64,000 nt of DNA from positions 53,754,001-53,818,000 of the forward strand of contig OX597816.1 of assembly GCA_951406725.2 (NCBI GenBank). The letters are read 5' to 3'. Source of the DNA: Octopus vulgaris (lineage: Eukaryota). Both the position numbers and the translations under genes were made by a program. The notes beneath the pieces are model-generated. The model saw nothing but the letters and a program-made list of their open reading frames with translations, was not told the origin of the DNA and did not search any database. The stretch's first letter is position 1, and every line of letters starts with the position of its first letter. This document shows positions 10,584-22,991 of this stretch, one piece after another.

Positions 10584-12596
10584 TCCCTCGACTATATATA
10601 TTAGCTTCAAGTGAATGTCGTAAAACTAGAAGGGAGTTAATTGATATTGAGTTCAGGTGCGAGGGATATAAATATTTTATCAACGAAACTTTATAAAAAA
10701 GCTTTATATCGTTTAAGTAATTCACCTGCCTCTTATCTAAACATGAAAACTATCAATAAAATTAAAATCTATTTCAACGAGGGAAAAGCAGAGTGTAAAC
10801 AAAAGGTGTGTATGGAATATCTGGGTATAAATTTAATCAGGGATTAATTTACGTGTTACACCTAATGGCAGCTTTTTACTCGTTGTCTTTTCTCGGTGGT
10901 AAGATGTTTTTAATTTCTCCCTTCGTTTGCATTTAAAAAATGTGTTGCTAATTATAAATATTTACATATCCGTATGCCCTTAATGCGATATATATATAGC
11001 GCTGTATACAATAATTTCATTATTTTATTATATACTGATAAATCTTTATAAATATTTAAATTACGTCACCCTGAAATGTCAGTCCAACGTGAGATCTATT
11101 TACCTTTTTTTAATAAATTCCTTTTCAAATTATTTTGTTATCAGAATCTCTAATGACTAGAACTGATTTGGACGATAGTGAAAGATTAATCCATCTTTGC
11201 TGAGATCATTGTTATTGTTTGTTGCAAGTATTTGATATTTGTTGGTTGTTATTGTTCGGTTTAGAAGAAACATTGACACTTAAGAAAGGGTAGTGTATGT
11301 GTGTATATGTGTTGTGTGTATTGTGAAAGGAGTATATACATATGTAGATTTCTTGCTAATTAATCGAAGTTGATGTTTATATTGACAAACGTATTGCTAA
11401 TATTTACAAAACCTATAAAATAATCCGTTACTAACTGAAGAAGCACAACTATTACACTGATGAACATTATTGTATTTTAATAATTTTTGATTGCTTACAG
11501 TTGTATCACTAATGACGGCTACTGACCTAAACTTTCAATTCTACTTTGATCAAATTAAATAGACAAGTTTATTTACTTTTTCAGTTTTTGTTTTTTAACA
11601 AACGTTGAAGGAAATTAAAGTGTGTGTTGATAGTTTTTCTTATCCCACGGTCATTTCTTTATAACGGCGTGATTCTGGTGACAGTCGTGGTTACCTTGGT
11701 TTAAAGTACTCCTTTCCGCCTTTCATCTCTAAATAACCCTTGTACTAAAGAAGAATAGTTGTCAGTCTTCCTGTGGCTTTTTCAGCCTTTTCTTGGACAC
11801 TTCTCTCAATATAACTAAGAATACTATCAAAGAAATTGATCTTTCTCTTAATGCAACATCTACTTTATATGTCTAACATTCGTATATTCACTTCATCTAA
11901 TTTGTGTATGAAAACGTCTGGCTGTATTTTTAGTTAAGTCAGTTATATATGTCCTCAGATATTTGACTTAAACTTCTTGTAAAATATTCCAACTAAGAGA
12001 TATTATTATGTCAGATATACTAGGTTCTCTCCTTGCTGTGTTAAGACATGATTGTTTTTTTGACTCTGAACAAGGGTTGTATCCCTAACCAGCTGAAGTT
12101 CATTTATCTTGTGTTTGTTATCAGATGAGAGACAAATTGAGCTGAAATGGAATACTTGAAAGAAGTAGTTGTTGGGGGAAATAAGGGAAAGCAAATACTT
12201 TAAGTCAGTTTAAAAGGAGGTGGCATAATATATGTGGAAGTGTCTACTATGGGAATTTTCTAAGCAAATTACTTTCCTGTGGGCTCCATTCCTCTCCCTT
12301 AGATTGGTGGTATTCTATCAGATCATACTATCTCAGTGTATGCTAAGGGAGTCCTAGTCTAACACCTCTCCTACAACCTAGACCAAAGCTGCTCTGACTC
12401 CATGAACAGAGACTTCAACTACACATATAAAGACACTTCTCCTCTCCTAGTCGGAGACACTACGCACACACCCCAAACACTGCTCTTCATCTTTACAGTC
12501 AGAAAATATTTCACCCTTTTCAAATCTTATGTAAGACCCACAATAAAGTCTTACAACCACTTCTGGTGTGGTGCTGTTGATGTTATGCAAACAGAC

Positions 12597-12860
12597 ATCA
12601 TCATCATCATTTAGCGTCCGCTTTCCATGCTAGCATGGGTTGGACGGTTCAACTGGGGTCTGGGAAGCCAGAAGGCTGCACCAGGCCCAGTCTGATCTGG
12701 CCAGTGTTTCTACGGCTGGATGCCCTTCCTAACGCCAACCACTCCGTGAGTGTAGTGGGTGCTTTTTACGTGCCACCGGCACAGGTGCCAGACAGGGCTG
12801 GCAAACGGCCACGGTCGGATGGTGCTTTTTACGTGCCACCGGCTTTCCATGCTAGCATGG
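12597..12860 (-). mobile_element. RTE 3'-end fragment with (GAT)n tail
   Basis: Reverse complement of the 9870-10066 3' UTR (ctggatgcccttcctaacgccaaccactc, gtgccaccggcac). Confidence 0.85.
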
Positions 12861-13129
12861 GCTTGGTGGTTTGACATGGAGCTGACTAGTAGGGAGCTGT
12901 CCATACTCCAGCTGTTTGTTGAGGTATGGTTTCTACTGCTGGATGCCCTTCCTAATGCCACCCAATTAACAGAGTATGCTTGGTGCTTGTTACATACCAC
13001 CAGCATGGGTGCATGTACACAGCACTGGTACGGGTGCATTAACACGGCTCCTGCATGGGTTTCTTTTTAAGTGGCCCTGTCACCTAAAAGGGCAAGTCTG
13101 TATGTGTAGAAGGCAGTGATTTTACTTAG

Positions 13130-14060
13130 CTTGACATGTCTTATCAAGTGCAGCAAATTGTTACATCTCCTGGTCCCTTGTTATTTCCTCAGTGGTGGCC
13201 AATTCTGAGGATCCTTTCTTACCACTTCTTCCCACATCTTCTTGGGTCCACCCCTTCAACAGGTACCCTCCACAATTACAACTCAGCACTTCTTTATGCA
13301 GCTGCCCTTATCCATATGCATCACATGACCAAACCAACCCAATCTTCTCTCTTGCACACAACATCTGATGCTTTTATATCCAGTTTTCCTCTTAAATCAT
13401 TTACAATCTGTCATACATGCACACTGACATTACCCATCCAGCAGAGCATGCTAGCTTCATTTCTTTCAAGCCCTCACAATGTAATATAGCTGTCCGTACA
13501 CAGACATTATACAATCTGTCTTTCACTCTAAGAGAAAAGCCCTTAGTTACCAACAAAGGTAGAAGTTCTCTCAACTTCACCCAGTCTGTTCTTATCCTAG
13601 TAACTACACTTTCAGAACTCTCTCCCACACTGCTAACTTGGTCTCCTACGTAACAGAAGCTATCTACTACTTCTAATGATCCACCCAAGCATTTGGGAGA
13701 GCCTATTGTCTGAGTATTTTTAAACCTTGCACATTTGTCACAAAGACTACATTCTCTGTTAACTTTGATATCACTGCACCTCTTATGTGTTCAAAGCTTG
13801 CACTGGATATAACACATGAAGTTTCTACCAACATCCTTCTTACATATTGAGCAGGCTATCTCTCAGAAGAGACTTGTGATTTGTCTGCCTTCCTATTTAC
13901 TAAGACTTTGGATTTTGCTAGGTTAATGCTAAAGCCTTTCAATTCTTGACCTTGCTTCCACATCTGAAACTTCTTCAGCTATAAGAATAAAGTCATCAGC
14001 ATAGAGGAGCTCCCGAGGGTAGCTTGTCTTAAAGTCTTGTTATTGCTTGGAGGACTGTAA
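13130..14060 (-). mobile_element. degenerate RTE LINE RT fragment (same family as 8345-10066)
   Basis: ORF 13401-13688 LEVVDSFCYVGDQVSS...LRELLPLLVTKGFSLRVKDRLYNVCVRTAILH matches the 8145 ORF. A YADD-like gagctcctctatgctgatgac lies at ~13993-14012. Confidence 0.85.
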
Positions 14061-14461
14061 TGAACAAGCTGACTTTGGATGTGAATATTGCATAACAAAT
14101 CAAACACACACATCAATATTTCATTACCTTTAAGATAAAATATTGTAAAATGATTGAAGATATTCATTATATTAAAAAGTATTATTCAATAATTAAAATA
14201 TGAATAATTACAGTCTTGTGTTTGCTGGGATTTTGTTAATATAACAATATTAAGTTTGATATTTGATAAAAAAAATAATAAAAAAACTGCAAGACTTACA
14301 TATTTTGTAATCTATTTCACTGTATAGTTAACCATTGTAGTGCACTGATGAACTCTTTCTGTGCCAAATTTGAGGAAGAAACTACTAACAAGAGCAGTTC
14401 TTTCCAAAGACAGGGATATTTATTTTGTTGCTGCTTAAACTGTAATTCTTCATAATCATTA

Positions 14462-14912
14462 TCTCTTATTATAAAAGGCAGATTTTATCTGCCTCCCTTT
14501 GGGAGTTATAGAAATCTACAATATAGGATTTCTTCAATTACAATTTACCTAGCATTTTTAAGAGTACAATGCATCGCGTCATGCCAGGTCCAGTTTTTAA
14601 AATTTAAACTCCAATTAAGCAAAATTTACAGAAAACTCACATTCTGGTGTGTGTGTCAAATGCTTTTCTTAGTCTGGTTTACACCACACGCAAACGCACA
14701 CACACAGTGGGCAACGAATAAAATGAAAGTAAATAGCGACAGAGTGATTTGAGGAAGACTAAACTGAAAGTATTCTGTCTATGACGCTGATAGATACATG
14801 AGTAAAATGTATGGGAAGCTAAGAGCTAAGAGTGAGTGAAAATAGCGAGAGAGAGAGTGATTTGAGGAAGACTTTCATTAAATAACCGTAGTGGCTTGTG
14901 TTAGTAATAAAG
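14462..14912 (+). mobile_element. probable non-autonomous Helitron, 5' part
   Basis: Starts a|TCtcttattataaaa like the two complete Helitrons nearby. No 3' CTAG end was seen. Confidence 0.4.
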
Positions 14913-15194
14913 TAAACATACACTCATACATACATACACACACACACATACACACACACACACACATACACACACACATACATACACACACACATACATA
15001 CATACACACATACATACATACATACATATACATACATACATACATATACATACATACATACACACACACACATACACACACACACAGTATTGAAGCTTGA
15101 GAACAATCAGATACATTTGCAACACATCTGTTGAAAATATTATTGTTCACACACATACATATACATATATACATACAGACAGACAGACAGATAG

Positions 15195-15225
<31 letters not shown>

Positions 15226-15279
15226 ATCCAGCATGGCCACAACCTCAAGGCTGAAACATATAAAAGAATAACAGAATAT

Positions 15280-15640
15280 AAATGTGTGCAAAGTACAAGA
15301 AATATTAATGCAGTATATGGGGATTGGACAATAAGCGTAAGGCAGTGTCAATGGTGGTTCCAGAAATCCCGAGCCATAAACTACAGCCTAGAAGACGAGC
15401 CTCATCCTGAAAGATCTGTAGAACTCGACAAGGACATCCTGAAAACCCTGTTGGAACAAAATCTCATCGTAACTGTTGAGGAACTAGCAGAGAAGCTTGG
15501 ATTTGGTCATTCAACCATTCATTGAGACCTGTGTGCTATCGGAAAAGTCAGCAAATTGGGTCAATGGGTTCCTCACGAACTTTCCGAGTCTAATTGCATG
15601 CAGAGAGTGAATGTATGCTTTTCTTTGCTGTCACATCTCA
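15280..15640 (+). pseudogene. mariner transposase N-terminal fragment
   Basis: Translates NINAVYGDWTISVRQCQWWFQK...LEDEPHPERS...TVEELAEKLG, then KLGQWVPHEL (mariner WVPHEL motif). Confidence 0.8.
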
Positions 15641-15660
15641 CCACTACTGCGCTATGTATA

Positions 15661-16296
15661 TCTATATATATAAAACTGTAGTTGTGTGAGTGTCTGTCCC
15701 CTTCGATTTAGATTCCTAACTACTCCCACATTTTGCGGTGCAGTTTAACCAAATTCGGGTAGCTTATAGTCGTCATTCATATCGAGCCCGTCTGAATATT
15801 AGCGCGCGTCTACGATGAGTCTACGATTTTAAAAATAATTTAACATCATTTTTTATTCCATTTTAATGCATAATTTTTCGTGTGTCGATGGCGGCGGAGT
15901 TGGCGTCCACGCTCACACCTGCACCTGTGGGGAAGGGAGTGTAAGGAAATCAACATCGTAATGCGTTGTCAAGGAGACCAGTGTTCTTTTAGAACAACGA
16001 CTTCATGGCTTGAAGACACCAAAACAGAAATGGCTAAGAAAGCGTCTACATGAGTCTACGATTTAAAAAATAATTTACCATCGTTTTTTTTCCATTTTAA
16101 TGCATTTTTTCGCCATTATATAAGGGAAGTAACTCTCTAAAAATGTCTACGATGAGTCAACGATTTTAAAAAAATTTACCATCATATTTTTTCCATTTTT
16201 AATGCATTTTTTGCTATTTTTTTGCTATAACTCTCTAAAAATGCTTATATAGTTATTTCCCTTACAAACCCGAGCAACGCCGGGCGATACTGCTAG
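15661..16296 (+). mobile_element. non-autonomous Helitron
   Basis: 5' A|TCtatatatataaaa, 3' hairpin cccgagcaacgccggg then CTAG|T. It is inserted in an AT dinucleotide and contains three internal ~65-bp repeats. Confidence 0.85.
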
Positions 16297-16389
16297 TAAC
16301 AAAATAAATCTGAGTTCCAAAACTGCTTTCCAAGTCTGTTCTTCAGAAAAATCTGGAGTAAAATTGTTGTATTAAATGGTTTAGGTATC

Positions 16390-16960
16390 ATCGTCACCAT
16401 CATTTATCATCCATTTTCCATGCTGGCAGGGGAAATGACGAAAGACCGAGACCTCTGAGATTTGCTGTGACTGCGAAGACCTGACAAATGAAGTGAATTC
16501 ATGGCTCGCAGGACGGCCTGCTGTGCTAACCTTGGATCGTAGAGTGACCCGCTGTTCTTAAGGAGACCTATTGAATCAAGTACGTTAACACCAACATCGA
16601 AATAAAAATCAAATGGAAATTTTAGTTAAGATACCCATGCCGGTGGCACATAAAATGCACCAGCTGAACGTGACTGATGCCAGCGCTGGCATGGGTGGGA
16701 TGGTTTGACTAGGGCTGGTGAGTTGAAGGGCTGCATCAGACTCCAGTCTGATTTGGCTAGGTTTCTACAGTTGTATGCCATTCCTAACACCAACCACTCC
16801 GAGAGTGTAATGGGTGCTTTTACATGCCACTGGCACAGTATCTGCCACAACTATGATGTCACTTGGCCTGATAGGTCTTCTTCTCAAGCATGGCATATTT
16901 CCAAAGACCTGAGTCATTTGTCGTTGCTTCTGTGAGGCCCAATGCTCAAAAGGTTCTTTT
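16390..16960. mobile_element. rearranged RTE 3'-UTR fragments in both orientations
   Basis: Matches the RTE 3' UTR motifs in both orientations (gaagacctg, ccggtggcacataaaatgcacc, ctccagtctgatttggc). Confidence 0.65.
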
Positions 16961-17350
16961 TACATGCCAGTTACACGACACCAGCATCGGCCACATTGCC
17001 TATGTGCGGCCCAATGCCTGTGCCAATTATGTGACACTAGCATCAGCCATGACTGCAATTCCACTTCTCTTGATGGGTTTTCTTCACTAGGAAATTTGGT
17101 TAGATTGAAGTTGATTTGGAGAAGATCATTGTGAATATAAGCTGGAATCATTTATTGTGTCAACAGTAAGTAAATATGTTGTCATGTCCAAGTATATACA
17201 TTTAAACAGAATCAAAGATGAGAAAGAAGAATTTTAAAAGTAAAATTGTTTGAAGAAGGAAAGAAAGAGAATATTTAGGAGTAGGGGTAAGGTAGATTTG
17301 CTAGAAGATAGGAAGGAAGAAATCGAGATTGGAGATAAAGCTACTGGTCA

Positions 17351-17707
17351 TCTCTATATATATAAACGACAAAATGTCTGTCTGTGTGTGTGTCCTTTAT
17401 ACAAATCCACAATTTTTCAGTTAGAGAGCTTGCACTTTTTATGGTCATTCAAAACCCTCCAAGGGTGGTCGTGCACATCTTTACATTTCCCCAGTCACCC
17501 CGCAAAGCCATTAAAAAATCAATAGAAGTGAATTTTCTATTCAAAATCCAATCAAAATGCCTGAAACTTGATACGCCAATTGACTGCCAGCTAGCTGTAT
17601 GTGATTGGTTGGAGATTTGGACAGTACTCGCGTGTATGTGCGCACACACACAGCTGTATATGCATGCACTAGCACTGTGACCCGGCGTTGCTGGGTCATA
17701 GTGCTAG
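17351..17707 (+). mobile_element. non-autonomous Helitron (second family)
   Basis: 5' A|TCtctatatatataaa, 3' hairpin tgacccggcgttgctgggtca then CTAG|T. Confidence 0.85.
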
Positions 17708-17917
17708 TTAGGGGAATATAGTAGTTCAAGGTAAATTAGTGGTTTACCACTTAACAGTAAAACTCTAAATTCACATATCCACACGCATGTGTGTATTTCC
17801 TCTGTAGGTGTGCATGCACATGTACATAGCCGCATATTCTCATGTGCTAAGAAGAAGATCTAGCGAGATCACATGGTTACGAAAAGATAAAGTTAGCTTA
17901 AAAAGTTGTATGTTATA

Positions 17918-18330
17918 GGAGTGGCTGTGTGGTAAGTAGCTTGTTTACCAACCACATGGTTCCGGGTTCAGTCCCACTGTGTGGCACCTTGGGCAAGTGT
18001 CTTCTACTATAGCCTCAGGCCGACCAAAGCCTTGTGAGTGGATTTGGTAGACGGAAACTGAAAGAAGCCCGTCGCATATATGTATATATATATATATATA
18101 TATGCGTGTGTGTGTTTGTGCATCTGTGTTTGTCCCCCTAGCATTGCTTGACAACCGATGCTGGTGTGTTTATGTCCCCGTTACTTAGTGGTTCGGCAAA
18201 AGAGACCGATAGAATAAGTACTGGGCTTACAAAAGAATAAGTCTTGGTGTCGAATTGCTCGATTTAAGGCGGTGCTCCAGCATGGCCGCAGTCAAATGAC
18301 TGAAACAAGTAAAAGAGAAAGAATAAAGAG
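17918..18330 (+). mobile_element. tRNA-derived SINE (family A), full length
   Basis: A box TGGCTGTGTGG, B box GGTTCAGTCCC, internal microsatellite, CR1-like 3' end and AG-rich tail. Confidence 0.9.
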
Positions 18331-19434
18331 AGAGGAGCTTCAAGTGCGGGTGGAGGAATAGTTAGGGAATAATTGGTGAGGGTGCTGTTATTTGTACCTT
18401 GAAAAAGTGTTGCATAGCCTGTGTTTACAATTAAGAGATCTGAATTAGTGATGAAGCCTAGAAGTGTTGGTGAGTAACAAAAAGTTGACCTTAAATATAT
18501 ATTCACCCACTGCTGAGGGTGAATGATATAAGAATATACAAATAAATAAATAAATAGAGCGATAGAATTTTGTCATGAAGGAAGAGATATAAAGCTGCAT
18601 GCACAAAACCCTAGCAAGTAATAGAGAGCAAAATAATAATATCCTTTAAATGTCTCAGTGTAGACACCTGCATAAACAGACATGCATACATGCCACTGCA
18701 CAAAACTGAAGGATCCAAAACATGTTTGTACACATGCACATGTGTGCGTGTGTGTATCTTCATATATAATGGTATGTGTGTATATATACATATATATAGA
18801 GAGAATTTGAACTTATGGAGACAATATTTACATATCACCTGAGGAAATAGAACTAAATCTCATAATGCAAGGAAACAGTTGCATAATCAAGTACCTACAC
18901 GCCTGGAGAACTACGTTGCATAAAAACAATTGTAGTGACTGAAAATAAATGTCCAACTGTACTCCTCGTTGACTCCAAATTTTTTCAATTATATATACAT
19001 ATATTGTGAGAATATACAAAAAAAAAAAAAAAACAAAAGACGAAGATGGGTGTGTAAACAACAAACAGATGTATTAGTTTAATGCTCGGGAAGTGAGAAA
19101 GTCTTTTACATTTCGAGCCTATACTCTTTGACAGAAAGAAACACAGAAATAAACAGGGTGAGAAAATGAAAAAGGTTTAGTTGCTAGCAATCTATCATGG
19201 CGAAATATATATATATATATATAAACAATTGCGATGTGGAAGCTGTTTGTAAACCATTCAAGAACACACAATAACTGTTAGTTTCACTTCAATGTTAAAT
19301 TTTATGTGTCAAAATATTTTCACCAATTTGAAACCTCGGCCTGTTCACTGACAAAACATTATGCTGCATATGAGAAAGTAACAATTAGCTCATGATATGT
19401 ATGTGCTTATGTATGTCTCTTCTATTTTTTTTGG

Positions 19435-19900
19435 TTATTATAAATCTTACACCGTGGAGGGTGCTGATTTCCAACAAAGATACAAGGCTCCATCTTTGGA
19501 ATGTAGTTAACACAGACGAATTCACATCTGGAACTTGAGAAAAGTCTTGCATATTTTTACTGTTTCACTCATAGATTGCACTTGTAAATGTACGAATTAG
19601 CCGCTCAATTTCTCTTTCTGAAAATCCCAGTTTATCCAGATTCTCCTTTAAGCATTTACTAACAAAACCTAGTGCTCCAATTATTATTGGTATGAATATG
19701 AATTCATAGTTTGAATATAGAAGCTGGAGGTTTCAAAGCAATTGTCCATAGATATCCTCTTTTTCTTTGGTTTTCAAAGAGATATTTATATCTGCAGGGC
19801 AGCTGACCTCTATGACGGTACATACCTTTGCCCCTCTGTCTCAAACAACAATATCTGGCCTGTTATAATTATATTTGATTGAAGGTTTGATTGGAATATG
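19435..19900 (-). mobile_element. R4/Dong-clade non-LTR retrotransposon 3' fragment (RLE domain)
   Basis: Minus strand translates NRPDIVV*DR...VIEVSCPADINI...KEKEDIY...IPIIIGALG...VKICKTFLKF*. Confidence 0.8.
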
Positions 19901-20312
19901 CTTATACACACTCATACATATATACATACCCATATGTACACGCTAAAATACTCATACATCTACACATATATACCTACATATAAATCTATGTACACTCATA
20001 CGACTATATATGATTACATATATATATATATATATATTTAAATGATGAGGGAGATAAATTAAATATTAATTTAATTAATATCAATTTAAAACCAGTAGCT
20101 AGCATACAAAAATCTGAAAAATCAGAGAAAATTCTGATACATGTGTATATTTAAAGGGCTAAAAAACCACTAAGTGGTCAGCCGTATGCTAGAAGTAGAT
20201 CACCAACGATCAAACTACAAAGAAAAGAATGTTCTCTAGAGAAAAATTCAGCAGACACCAGAACAATATGCAGGCAAGACAGATGAAAATTATATAAAAA
20301 AACAAGAATTAC

Positions 20313-20387
20313 TCGCAGACCGGCAGTTTCGCCTATTAACAAATGAATCACTTACGTAATCCCTCATCTGTAGGCTCGTCAGTGCGA
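20313..20387 (-). ncRNA. type I hammerhead ribozyme
   Basis: tcgca CTGACGA gccta-cagatga...tcatttg-ttaa-taggc GAAA ctgccgg TC tgcga. It has a 5-bp stem I, an extended stem II, a short stem III and a GUC cleavage triplet. Confidence 0.8.
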
Positions 20388-20611
20388 TCGTTCCACAGGT
20401 AATATAATTTGTAAAACTAACCACCTGCTTTCCGTATAAACTCAGACATTTGAAATTGACCCCAATGTAATCGGTGAAACTAAGCACTTAGTTTGCAAAA
20501 ATATGCATCCAGTAATAGAAGCATATAAAACATTAGATCTATCCATCCTCTGTCTTCAGGGTGAAGATATAAAGATCTAACATTTCATATAATGCAAAGA
20601 ATTTTAAAGAT

Positions 20612-20885
20612 AGATGCCAGCACCGCCTCGACTGGCTTCTGTGCCAGTGGCACATAAAAAGCACCAACCGATCGTGGCCGATGCCAGACCCCTCTGGCAC
20701 CTGTGCAGGTGGCACGTAAAAAGCACCCACTACACTCGCGGAGTGGTTGGCGTTAGGAAGGGCATCCAGCTCTAGAAACACTGCCAGATCAGACTGGAGC
20801 CTGGAGCAACCCCTGGCTCCCCAGACCCCAGTCGAACCGTCCAACCCGTGCTAGCGCGGAAAACGGACGTTAAACAATGATGATG
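20612..20885 (+). mobile_element. RTE 3'-end fragment
   Basis: Matches the RTE 3' UTR and ends gacgttaaacaatgatgatga. Confidence 0.85.
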
Positions 20886-21379
20886 AGTGAGAAAGGCAAG
20901 CAGTAGTCAGTGAAAGGAGAAAGAAGGTAGCTTAATGGGTGTATGGCAAGTATTAAAGTAAGGGAGAGCAAGAAGAGAGAAGAGAGTTAGATCAGGAAGA
21001 TGGTAGGGGAGAGGGATCAGAGTACTGAGAAAAGTAAAAGTAGAGAGTTTGTAGAGGGAGGGTCAGGATAAGTAGTATTTTGAAGGGTTGTCATTGTTAT
21101 TGGGTTTAACAAAAGATGTTAATAATCAGGGACAGTGCGCCTACAGAACTAAGGGAATTTGGAATAGGGAAAGTAGAGTTAGGGAAAAGGGTCCAGCTAC
21201 TGATGATAGTGGAGAGGCAGAGAGGGAGTTCAAAGAATGAAAGTGGGTTGGCAACATTGAGTAGAGAAGTATACAGAAATATATGTGAGTAAATACAGGG
21301 AAGGATAGGATGGTAGGAAAGGCAGGAGCTGGTAGTGCTAAGTTATTGTGGTTGAAGAAAAAACTAGAAGATTGGGAGA

Positions 21380-22390
21380 GAGTTCAGAGCATGAGGATAG
21401 GGTGGCTGTAAGTTCATGTGTGCTTAATAGTGGTACTTGAAATCAACAGTGCCACCTATGTAGACTTTTGCTTGATGGGAGTATGGTGTTACTATCAAGC
21501 ATTTGTTGACTATGTTTTTCTTAGACAGAAATCTCCAAGAGAGCAGAGCTGAGACAACTAGAAGTTGCTGTTCTGGGGTTGGAATTGATCCCTAGGAAGA
21601 CCTGGTTTATATGGTTTGTCAACAACAAAGATGAACAGGAGGTATCAGTGTTTGATTGGGTGGAGGTATTACCACTGGTATATGTGGTCATATCGGTAGT
21701 ATTAAGGTTATTATTATTGAGTTGGGTTGGGTGGCGTTTCTAAGGGTTATTATATTATTGCTACATGGTGGGTTGAGCTGGGATTCAGTAGAATAGGTTG
21801 TAGTGTCTAAGGACATGTGAAGTTTGCATCTATTAGAGGAGGCAATTATGGATCCTATGTTAGGCATGATAAAGTAGGGGATTTTAATTGGAGTGGCTGT
21901 GTGGTAAGTAGTTTGTTTACCAACCTCATGGTTCTGGGTTCAGTCCCACTGCGTGTCACCTTGGGCAAGTGTCTTCTACTATAGCCTCGAGCCGACCAAA
22001 GCCTTGTGAGTGGATTTGGTAGACGGAAACTGAAGGTTGCCCATCGTATATATGTATATATATATGTGTTGTGTGTCTGTGTTTGACCTCCAACATCGTT
22101 TGACAACTGATGCTGGTGTGTTTATGTCCCTGTAACTTAGCGGTTTGGCAAATGAAACCAATAGAATAAGTACTAGGCTTACAAAGTACAAGTCCTGGGG
22201 TCGATTTGCTCGACTAAAGGCAGTGCTCCAACATGGCTGCAGTCAAATGACTGAAACAAGTAAAAGAGTAAAAAAGAAAGAGATGATTTATTGAAGATAG
22301 GATGATATGTTGTGGTGGAATTTAGAATTTAAAAAAAAAGTGTTTAGGTTGGGATTTAACTTGGTGGGAGAAAGCTAGCACGAACCATAG
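21380..22390 (-). pseudogene. Penelope-like element C-terminus (linker plus GIY-YIG endonuclease), degenerate and split by a SINE
   Basis: Minus-strand remnants read FSHQVKS..., IKIPYFIMPNIGSIIASSN and CSLGDFCLRKT/NIV...KVYIGGTVDFKY. These resemble the PLE linker (SYSCMPN) and the GIY-YIG VYxxx...YIG motif. Confidence 0.6.
21890..22281 (+). mobile_element. tRNA-derived SINE (family A)
   Basis: Same head, body and tail as 17918-18330. Confidence 0.9.
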
Positions 22391-22991
22391 GATCTTGCCT
22401 TCCATTACTGGTTACATATTTTTGCAAACTACATTTCCCAACACTCACTGTGAAACAGCTGTCAGACCTGCAACACCATGGCTTCTCCCCTTTAATTTTC
22501 TGTGCCTATGTATTCTGTGTAAGTTTACTCTGTTAATATATGAATATCTATATTTGTACTTGAATAGTCATCTAAAACTTTTCAGTCATTGCTTTCCCTC
22601 TCTTTTCATATCTATTTATCTGTCTATCGATTGGTCTGTCTGTCTGTTTCAATCAATCAATTAGTCAATGCAGAAGAATGGAAAAATTTTCTATATTTTT
22701 ATTTCCATGATACACATATTTCTTTACAAGACAGGAGTTACAAATTCTTCAAACAAATATCAAAAAATAATACAAATTTACACTGGATGATGCTCCCGTT
22801 TATAGTATTAAGCATCAATCAGGAGTATATTGAGAGATAGAGGGAAAATGTTTGAGATCAAAAATAGTAAGAGGACAAATGAGAGAGAGAGAGAAAATGT
22901 ACACATACATGCACACATATACTGCTCCAGTGCATCTGTCAAATTGAAGCAACTATTTATGTACACCTTTATATATATGTATATATAAATA

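Noticed and set aside
14341-14405. CTGATGA...GAAA hammerhead candidate (also CTGATGA at ~11457 and CTGAAGA on - at ~34520)
   Set aside because: Stem I and/or the GAAA-stem III-UH geometry cannot be completed.
17918-17990. tRNA gene (also at 3100-3171 and 4040-4125)
   Set aside because: A/B boxes are present, but there is no complete cloverleaf and each continues into a multi-copy SINE body.
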